Shown piece by piece: positions 49,975-60,072 of a stretch of DNA of 64,000 bases (the first letter of the stretch is position 1; each line of letters begins with the position of its first letter). Origin of the DNA: Hemiscyllium ocellatum (taxonomy: Eukaryota); NCBI RefSeq assembly GCF_020745735.1, contig NC_083409.1:9847534-9911533 (forward strand). Reading direction: 5' to 3'. The notes under the pieces are model-generated. The model was given only the letters and a program-made list of their open reading frames with translations. It made no database searches and was not told where the DNA came from. The translations under genes were made by a program, and so were the position numbers.

Positions 49975-52699
49975 CTATGCGCCCTATGCCGCCCGTGAGG
50001 AGTGCAGATGCTGGAAACCAGTGTTTAGATCAGAGTGGTACTGGAAAAGCACAGCAGGTCAGGCAGCATCCGAGGAGCAGGAAAATCGATGTTTCGGGCA
50101 AAAGCCCTTCATCAGGAATAGATGAAGGGCTTTTGCCCGAAACGGCATTTTCCTTGCTCCTCGATGCAGCCTGACCTGCTGTGCCTTCCAGGACCACTCT
50201 GACCTAAACTAGGGTAGGAATAGGGCCAATCAAAGACAGCAGTGGGAAGTTGTGTGTGCACCCTGTGGAGATCGGAGAGGTGCTAAATGAATATTCCTCA
50301 TCTGTTTTCACTCAAGAAAAGGAGAATATTGTCGAAGAGAAGAATGAGATATTAGACTAGAAAGGATTGAGGTTAGTAAAGAAGAGATGTTATCAATTCT
50401 GATAGGAGTAAAAGTAGACAAGTTCCCTGGGCTAGATGGGATAAATTTTTGGATTCCCTGGGAGCCTTTGGCTTTGATCTTTGAGTTGTCATTGTCTGCA
50501 GGTTTAGTACCAGAGGACTGGAGGATTGTAAATGATATGCCCTTGTTCAAGAATGGCAGTAGAAATGACCCAAGTAATTATAGACCAGATAGCCTTACAA
50601 CTATTGGAGGAAAAGTTTTGAAAAGGATTATAAGAGATAAGATTTATAATCATCCCGCAAGCAACAATTTGATTGCAGATAGTCAACATCGTTTCGTCAA
50701 GGGCAGGTCTTGTCTCACAAACCTCGCTGACATTTTTGAGAAGGTGACCAAGCATGTGGATGAGAGTAGGGCAGTTCACGTAGCGTACATGGACTTCAGT
50801 AAAACCTTTGATAAGGTTCCACGAGGTAGGCTGTTGGAGAAAATGCAAGGCATGGGATTGAGGGTGATTCAGCAGTTTGGAGTAGTAACTTGCTTTCTGT
50901 AAAAAGGCAGCGAGTGGTGGTTGATGGAGAATATTCAGCCTGAAGTTCGGTGACTAGTGGTGTTCCATAAGGATCTGTTTTGGGACCTGTTTGTCATTCT
51001 TGTAAATGACTTGGATGCAGGCAGTGGTCGATTTGTTAGTAATATTGCAGATGACACTGAAGTCAGCGGAGTAGTGGATAGTGTGGAAGAATGTTGCAGG
51101 TTGCAAAGGGACTTGGATAATTGGGCTGAGAGGTGGAAAATGGAATTCAATGCAGATAAATGTGAGGTGATTCACTTTCGGAAGAATAACAGGAAAGCAG
51201 AATACTGGGTCAATGGAAAGATTCTTGGTAGTGTGGATATGCAGAGGAATCTTGGAGTGCATGTACATAGATCCCTGAAAGTTACCACCCAGGTTGATAG
51301 TTCTGTTAGGAAGGCACAAGGTGCGTTAGGTTTTATTGGTAGAGGGATTGAGTTCCAGAGCCATGATGTCATGCTGCCACTGTACAAAACGCTAGTGTGA
51401 CCTCACTTGGAATATTGTGTACAGTTCTGATCGCCCCATTACAGGAAGGATGTGGAAGCATTGGAAAAGGTGTAGAGGAGATTTACCAGAATGTGCCTGG
51501 TCTGGAGGGAAAGTCTTAGGAGGAAAGGCTGAGGGACTTGGGTCCATTCTCATTGGAGAGAAGAAAGCTAAGAAGGATTTAACAGAGACATACAAGATGA
51601 TCAAGGTAGGGTGGACAGTTAGAGTCTTTTTCTAACCATGATAATGTTGGCTTGTACAAGCGGGCGTAGCTGCAAATTGAGGGGTGATAGATTTAACACA
51701 GATGTCTGAGGCAGGTTCTTTACTCATAGAGTGGTAAAGGCGTGGAATGCCCTACCTGCCAGTGTAGTTAACTCAGCCACATCAGGGGCATTTAAACAGT
51801 CCTTTAGTAAGCATATGGATGCTGTTGGTATAGTGTAGGGGGATGAGCTTAGATTAGTTCACTGGTTGGCATAACATCGAGGGCCGAAGGGCCTGTTCTG
51901 TGCTGTATTATTCTATGATCTATGTTCTGCAAATGTGGCTAATTTTGGTTAAGTACAGTTTTGCATACTTTGCTTAGTTCAGCTCTTTTGACCACTGTTC
52001 ATTATTGCAGGGTCACACTGTCTAGAGTGTTCCTGCATTCTGTTGTGTACTGTTGTGTTCTGGGAGTCATGCTCGGGAAAGCATGTAAACACATTGGAGA
52101 GAGTCCAGAAGTGATTTACACGAATATTCCAGGGATGAGGTACTTCAATTGGGAAGAAAGATGGAAGATGTTGAGACTGTTTTCCTTGGAGAGTTGAAGG
52201 CTGAGAGGAGATTTGATTGAAGCTTTCAAAATCATGGAGGGTCTGGACAGAGTGACTAGGGAGAAAGTGTTACCGCTCCTAAAAGGATAAAGCATGAGGG
52301 TGCACAGACTCAAGGTTATTCACAAAGAAACAAAATTAACACAAGAAGAAAATCTTCTCACACAGCAAGCAATTAGCATCTGGAATGCACAGCCTGGAGC
52401 TGTGGTGGAAACAGGTTCACGTGGAGTACTGGACGGTTGGTTAAACAGAAACAATGTCTGGGGTCATTGGGAAGAGGCAGGAAATTGGCAGAGTCATAAC
52501 ACTCATTCAGAGAGCTAGTACATGCTCGATGGACCAAAGGACATCTCCTACACCGTCACAACTTCATGATTCTGTTGTTAATTTCACTTTTAACCCTTTA
52601 ATGCTATCCAATGTTATTTCCAATTATGTCACAGAATACAGGGTGGTCAGGACCAAAGTATGAAAATTGACAATAGTGACATTGCCAATGAAAAGTAAG

Positions 52700-55600
52700 A
52701 AAGGTGAGCACAGTGACTAAGGAATTACACTGTATCATTATCTACTGAGGAGGAAGATACCAGCTGGCTGTTCCATGGATATTAATGTTGGCTCAGTGAT
52801 GGGCACTCTTCAAAATTAACAACAGCAACGTAGAATATAATGTTACTAAATGATGACAAACCCTCAGGATTAGGTGATTTCTATCATCAAATTTTGAAGG
52901 AAGCTGGTCAGAACATTTCTGATGCTCTGACTTTATAATCTTCCAAAGTTCTCTCCATTTTTTAGCATTCATTTAAATGGGAAAATTGTTCATGTCATTC
53001 CACTGTTTAAGAAAAGTGAGAGATTACAACGAAGGAATTATAGACCTGTTAGCACAACATCTGTTGCTAGAGAATTACTACAATGGTTAGGTAAGGTTAA
53101 GGTGACTGTAAACCTTGAAAATGTTCAGCTAATCAGAGACAGGCAGTACAGATTTGTCAATTATAGGTCATGCCTGATGGAACTTGCCTGATTCTTTTTG
53201 AAGGGTTCACTAAAGTAGTGGAGGAGGGAATTGAGCTTAAACATCTCAGTCCAAGGACATCACTGCAGGAGTTCCCCAGGGTAGTGAGTCAGGATCAACC
53301 ACCAAGAAACTTTTCTGATTCGGTATGTGGATGTACCAAATAGAGATGGTGATCTAGGCTTGGGAAATAAGGCAGGACAAGTGACTGAGGTGTCAGTGGG
53401 GGAGCACTTTGGGGCCAGCAATCATAATTCTATTAGTGTTAAAATAATGATGGAAAAGGATAGACCAGATCTAAAAGTTGAAGTTTTAAATTGAAGGAAG
53501 GCTAACTTTGACAGTATTAGGCTAGAAAGGTAAAGGACAGCTGGGAAAAGGGAAGCCAGAGACAGTGCATTCCTGTTCGGGTGAAAGGTAAGGCTGAAAG
53601 GTGTAGGGAATGTTGGATAACTCAAGAAATTGAGGCTTTGGTTAAGAAAAAGTAGGAAGCTGGTATAGACAGCAGAGATCGAGAGAATCTTTTCAAAAGT
53701 ATAAGGCAATAGGAGTATATTTAAGAGGGAAATCAGGAGTGCGAAAAGGGGACATGAGATAGCTCTGTCAAATAGGATTGAGAAGAATCCAAAGAGTTTT
53801 TTTTATAAATACATTAAGGACAAAAGGATGAGAACTGGGGAGAGAATAGGGCCCCTCAAAGATCAGCAAGGCAGCCTATGTGTAGAACCACAGGAGATGG
53901 GGGAGATAGAAAATGAGTACTTTGCATCAGTGTACTGTGGAGAAGGAAATGGAAGAATGTGGGGAAACAGATGGTGACATCTTGGAAAATGTTCATATTT
54001 CAGAGGAGGAAGTGCTGAAAGTCTCGAAATACATAAATGTGGATAAATCCTAAGGTCCTGATTAGGTGTACCCTAGAATTCAGTGGGAGGCTAGGCAAGT
54101 GATTGCTGGGCCCTTTGCTAAGATATTTGTATGATCGATAGTCACAGGTGAGGTACCAGAAGCCTGGAGGTTGGCTAATGTGATGCCCCTGTTTAAGAAA
54201 AGGGGTAAGGAAAAGCCATGGAACTATAGACTAGAGAGCCCGACGTCGGTGGTGGGCAAGTTATTGGAGGGAATCCAGAGGGACAGGATTTACAAGCATT
54301 TGGAAAGGCAAGGACTGATTAGGGATAGTCTGTATGGTTTTGTCCATGGAAATCATGCCTCACGAACTTGATTGGGGTTTTTGAAGAAGTCACAAAGAAA
54401 ATTGATGAGGACAAAACAGTGCAAGTGATCCAAATGGACTTCAGTAAGGTGTTCGACAAGGTTCCTCATGGGAGATTGGTTAGCAAGGTTAGATCTCACA
54501 GAATACAGGGAGAACTGGATATTTGGATATAGAACTGGCTCAAAGGTAGAAGACAGACACTGGTGGTGGAGGGTTGTTTTTCAGACTGGAGGCCTGTGAC
54601 CAGTAGAGTGCCACAAGGATCGGTGCTGGGTCCACTACTTTTCATAATTTATATAAATGATTTGGATGTGAACGTAAGAGATATAGTTAATAAGTTTGCA
54701 GATGACACCAAAATTGGAAGCGTGGTGGACAGCGAAGAAGGCTACAACAGAGTACAATGGGATCTTGATCAGATAGCCAATGGGCTGAGGAGTTGCAGAT
54801 GGAGTTTAATTTAGATAAATGTGTGGTGCTGCATTTTGGAAAAGCAAATCAGAGCAAGACTTGTACACTTAACGGTAAGGTCCTACAGAGAGCTGCTGAA
54901 TAAAGAGGCCTTGGAGTGCAGGTTCATAGTTTCTTGAAAGTAGAGTTGCAGGTAGATAGGATAGTGAAGGAGGTGTTTGGTATACTTTCCTTTACTGGTC
55001 AGAGTATTGAGTACGGAGAGTTGGGAGGTCATGTTGCGGCTGTACAGGACATTGGTTAGACCACTTTTGGAATATTGCGTACAATTCTGGTCTCCTTCCT
55101 ATGAGAAGGATGTTGTGAAACTTGAAAGGGTTCAGAAAAGATTTACAAGGCTGTTGCCTGGGTTGAAAGATTTGAGCTGCAGGGAGAGGCTGATTTGGCT
55201 GAGGCTGTTTTCCCTGGAGCGTCGGAGGCTGAGGGCTGACCTTATAGAGGTTTATAAAATTATAAGGGGCATGAATAGGGTGAATCGACAAAGTCTTTTC
55301 CCTGGGGTCAGGAAATCCAGAATTAGAGGGCACAGGTTTAGGGTGAGAGGGGAAAGATATAAAATGGACTTAAGAGGCAACTTTTTCACGCAGAAGATGG
55401 TGCATGTATGAAATAAGCTGCCAGAGAAAGTAATTAGATTAGATTACTTACAGTGTGGAAACAAGCCCTTCGGCCCAACAAGTCCACACCGACGCGCCGA
55501 AGCGCACCCTCCCAGACCCATTTCCCTCCATTTACCCCTGCACCTAACACTACGGGAAATTTAGCGTGGCCAATTCACTTAACCTGCACATTTTTGGACT

Positions 55601-55900
55601 GTGGGAGGAAACCGGAGCACCCAGAGGAAACCCACGCAGACACGGGGAGAATGTGCAATCTCCACACAGTCAGTCGCCTAAGGCGGGAATTGAACCCGGG
55701 TCTCTGGTGCTGTGAGACAGCAGTGCTAACCACTGCTGGTACACCAGTGGTGGAAGCTGGTACAATTACAGCATTTAAAAGGCATCTGGACGGGTAAAAG
55801 AATAGGAAGGGTTTAGAGGGATATGGGCCAAGTGCTGGCAAATGGGACTAGATTAGGTTAGGATATCCTGCCAGCATGACAAGTTGGACTGAAGGGTCTC
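52700..55900 (+). mobile_element. CR1 LINE ORF2 fragments
   Basis: VPQGSVLGPLLFIIYINDLD...KFADDTK (54563-54814) and LLEYCVQFWSP (54977-55411). Confidence 0.88.
55436..55737 (-). mobile_element. HE1-type SINE inside a CR1 3' tail
   Basis: Reverse complement of the SINE consensus. The CR1 tail resumes at about 55745. Confidence 0.85.
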
Positions 55901-56999
55901 TATGATCTTCACTGCTACATCTTCAATCACAAGGTTGACCACGCTGCAATAAATCACCTAGATACTCCAAATCCATGGCCTCACCATCCAGAACGCCAAG
56001 GGCAGCAGAGGTGGAAATGTATCAGTGTTCTTCTACTGTGGTGAGATACAGATCTTGTAACTCCATCTCCAACAGCAGTGTGTGTACCCATGCAATGTAC
56101 ACTCCATATACCCCATTCTCCAGGGCTATTAGGGACAGGCAGTAAATGGTACCCAGACACCACAAACATGCGAGGGGAAACAGATTACGGGTTTTTACAT
56201 GCCACATGACCTGAGGTAGGGTAAGGCAGGAGAGGAGAAATTAACTGCTGGGTGAACTGACTCAGCTGCTGGGAGATGGACAACTCATGCAGCCTGTCTC
56301 TTATTGTGGCTGTGCTACCTATTTATTTCACCATTGAAGACAGTCCCCTCAGCTGTCGAGGCCCTAAGCTCTGAAACTGCCTTTCTGTCTCTTTTTCATC
56401 CTTCATGCTGCTCCTTAAAACCTATCCCTTCAATAAAGCTTTGGGTCATCTTGTTTCGTAATGCCTTATATGGCCTGTGGTGATTTTATTTTGTCCGATA
56501 ACACTCCCACAAAGTGTCTGATCTAAACAGGATTGTCTGGAAGTATCCATGAAGTTTAGTCAGCATTTGTGGGGAAAGATACAGATAACATTTCAGGGGC
56601 TGATGTTCTTTCAAACTCAATTTACTTTTTCTGAAAAGGGAAATGCTGTTTGAAGCTTTTAATTTTGTTCTGATCAGGACAGAATTGCAAGAATACCAAA
56701 TCTCAAAGGATTATGTTGATTTTGTGGCAGGTCTAGGTCCTTGCGTTCTGGTTTTCTTTGTTTTGTTTTTGCATGTGCCTTCACGTTTTTTGATGTTGGA
56801 CTGAGTCCCCTGTGAGATAATGCACCTTTCCAGAGGAAAGATTCCTCTGTGGGTCAGCCTGGTCCTTTGTGGGTGGACTTGACCTTTGGAAAGACTGAAC
56901 ACCTGTGTGTGTGCTGGGAGGTGAGCATTTGCTGCTTCCTGGATTGGACCCTGGATTGGATGGGTCACTACTTCCTTGGGAAGAGCTCATTCATTCATC

Positions 57000-57560
57000 A
57001 GCGCTGCTGGAGGCGGGGCCAGTGACGTCACGCCACCCACCACGTGGTATTTGCTCACGTGATCACAGGGACCACCTCCTGCTGGTCTTACGCCTCAACG
57101 TGGCGCAAATGAATCGATTGGTCCTTATTCGGTAAAAAAAAGTTGAACAGACTGAAGTGAAACCGATTATTCAAGCTGTACTTATATTTAAAATAGTAGT
57201 TCATAATAATTGGAGTGCGACCGATTCCATTGCCTTGCACGAATTCCTCCTTTTCCCTCAGTGGGGGAGGGTATTCTCTGTGTCCGTGTATTGTTTGGGA
57301 GGTGGACCCGCCGATGCCGGCTCCGGGGTTGACCGGGACAGCGGGGGAATGACGTTTTAGAGAAAGCCGTGAGGTTACCCGCTGCGGTGTCATTGCGCAG
57401 GCGCGGTACGATAGGACGCGGTGTCATTGCGCAGGCGTGGGATTACCGGCCTGGGTCGTGCGCAGGCGCGCCGCTGCTGGCCAATGTGTCGTTGCGCAGG
57501 CGCAGCTTGACCGGCCACGGTGCACGAGTCTTTGGATCGCGGGGAATTCAAAATGGAACG
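57000..57560. promoter_or_regulatory. CpG island, housekeeping-type and possibly bidirectional promoter of an unidentified gene
   Basis: Abrupt CpG enrichment. GC box GAGGCGGGG, CRE TGACGTCA, E-boxes CCACGTGG and TCACGTGA, CCAAT boxes, four TGCGCAGGCG (NRF1-like) motifs at about 57390-57505, and YY1/Kozak-like CAAAATGG at about 57550. Confidence 0.75.
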
Positions 57561-58350
57561 GCTCAGTGTCAGAGAGAACAGCCCAGTGAGGCTTGGAGCT
57601 CCTCTCAGAGTCAAATCTAACACCAAGACTGTCCAGACTGGCTTCACCTACTGTTGTAATGGAGACTGGATTCAAAGCAATTACTTTAATCTACAGTTGG
57701 AGGAAATCCCTGCTCATCTGTGATTACGGAAAACAAAAATGTAGTGGATGTGTGTGTCCTGCTGGTGCAGCATTATTGTTCACACCGAGTTACCTTTGAG
57801 TAGGTGGCAGTGGGCTGTCTTGAACCACTGCAGTGTGTGAGCTGTAGGTAGATCCGCAGTGCCCTTGGGTGGAGTTCCTGGATTTTGAACCAGTGATAGT
57901 GAAGGAGTGTCAGTATATTTCTAAGTTAGGATGGTGAGTGGCTTGAAGAGGAATTTGCAGGTAGTAGTTTTCCCATATATCTGACTTTGTTCTTTTAGAT
58001 GGAAGGTTTTATTTTTGAAGCAGCTGTTCAATAACTGTCATAGTTGAGGAGGGAATAAAGGTTAAATTCATTGGCTACAAACACATCCATAGAATTGGGA
58101 CTAAATGAGACCAGCCCCTGAGCTGCCAGCTGGATACCAGAGGAGAGGTGTTTTAGGAGGATTGTGTGGTAGATGGAGATGTGTGTAGATTGAGATGGAG
58201 AAAAATACAATTTACTTCGGTCATCGTGTTGGATATGACTTGGATAAGAGTCATTTAAAAATTGTGGCAAATTACGAACTTGATTGTAAGGATTTACATA
58301 TCGAATTTGGGAAAGATGAGCACAGATTTGAGGCAACAACATATGTTATA

Positions 58351-60033
58351 TGAAAATTAGCAGGCACTGATGTTAAAGTACAGATTTGAGATGGCCCAGG
58401 GAATCCCTTGTGACCTCAGACCTGTAAGCCTCTCTTGGTTTGTCCTGGCGATCGTACTGAGTCTGGCATAGCCTGGAATAAAACCATCTTACAGACAGTT
58501 TAGTTTAATTTTAGTCTTCCCCTTTATTTACCAATAACATCACTGTTACAACATAACACTGGTACTTATTAGCTAAACTAGTTAAGGTTCTAAACCTGAG
58601 GAGAGTAGTGACCAGCTCTCTCCTGTCACAAACAGGGTTCCTTGATACAAAATTTTACAAAAACACTGCATTTGATTAGATTTAAACACTTCATTAGACA
58701 GACAACATTGGAAAGGCAATTATTCATAAGGAAGAGAAGTTAATTGACAGGTCTGTGTGCGCCTAATTGATCACTCCTACAGCCCGGAGCCATCCATCAG
58801 GTGGGAAAAACAGATTCAGCCGAGTCAGGCACCTGTTGGTGAGACAAGTCCTTTCTATAAGGAGGCACCAGTCAAAACTAAGTGGGAGAGGTCATAAGGT
58901 AACCTCGCATGTCAGGTCTCATGTTTCACAAAATGGCTTCTTAGCTAGGGAAGGCAAACTTTGACTGTTAAAAACTGGCTTCCTCATAGATTGTGTCAGA
59001 ATCTCTTCAATGTTGGGTTAGAATAATTTTTAAACTAGGAGCAGACTCTTGCTTTTTATCTTAAGAAAACAATCATTCTGAACCTGAGGCTGAATTGTTT
59101 CTGTAAGGTTGTATTTCAAATGATTCATTTGTCTCGAATTAGACATATTTTTCTTTTCAGGGTTCTGATTCAAATTCAAAGAGGATATCAATCTGGCTTG
59201 TTAGAATTGACAGTGGGACAGTCATGGTCTGTAAGAACAGTAAGTAAGTTAAAGCTTTGTCAGCATTACCTTTTACAGAATTTGCATTTTGTACGATGGT
59301 TTCTCAAAATAATCATAAAGTCCCAAAATACAATTAAGTTCAAAACAAGGGTTATAGAGATAACACCGGAATAGGATACTGATTGTGGATAATCAGCCAT
59401 GGCCATAATAAATGGTGGTGCCAGCTCGAATGGCCGAATGGCCTACTCCTGCACCTGTTTTCCATATTGAATCCACAACAGGTAAGCGTGCATTCAAACC
59501 AAACCACAGTTAATTTTCTATTTGCTTTGGCAATCTCAGCGTTATAATGTTGTTGTTCTCTCATTCTCTCTCTCTCTAGTGTCTTTTTGAACACCCAGGT
59601 TAGGGACTGTAACAGAATAATGTTTTTCCCTTTCTGTCTACCGAGCCTGCAAGGGTAATAAGAATCCAGTATAATTGCTATGACCTGACCATTAATTACA
59701 AGGCTTTTGACATGCTTGCAGGATGATACCAAGTCAGAGATCAGAATTAAACACTGTCATTAATTTCACAAGTGAACACACGTGAATGTTATCACTCTGT
59801 GTCCTGTTTACACAGATTCATTCCTGTTAAGGCACATGTTCTTAATTACTTTGGAGCATCCTGTTACCACTTGGTGAGAACAGGTGTTTTTATCTTCTGC
59901 ACATCCTGGGTTCCCCCTTTTGTGGCCTGGTGCCTCCCTGGCTTTCCTGTTTATTTTCTACGGTGCAACAAATATGTTTTATAATTCAACATTAACATTT
60001 AGTCGAAATGTTTTAAGGCTATAAATTTTCTCA
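58351..60033 (-). repeat. ERV 3' LTR (about 1.68 kb)
   Basis: PPT AAAAGGAGGGAA (60045-60034, -) directly precedes TGAGAAAATT. The putative end is AATTTTCA at 58351 (imperfect inverted terminal repeat), with AATAAA at 58528-58523 (-). Contains a short CR1-tail insert at about 59380-59470. The 5' LTR is outside the window, so the end is inferred. Confidence 0.65.
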
Positions 60034-60072
60034 TTCCCTCCTTTTGTCATTTCATGACAACTACATAGCTCA

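Larger units (their letters stand above)
46260..51920 (+). mobile_element. Near full-length CR1 LINE hosting nested PLE and SINE insertions
   Basis: ORF1 esterase VIGDSIV (about 46530) resumes after the PLE at 48031. EN (VLIMGDFNVPNIDW, SDHN) 48900-49340, RT 50387-51400, 3' tail to about 51920. Confidence 0.85.
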
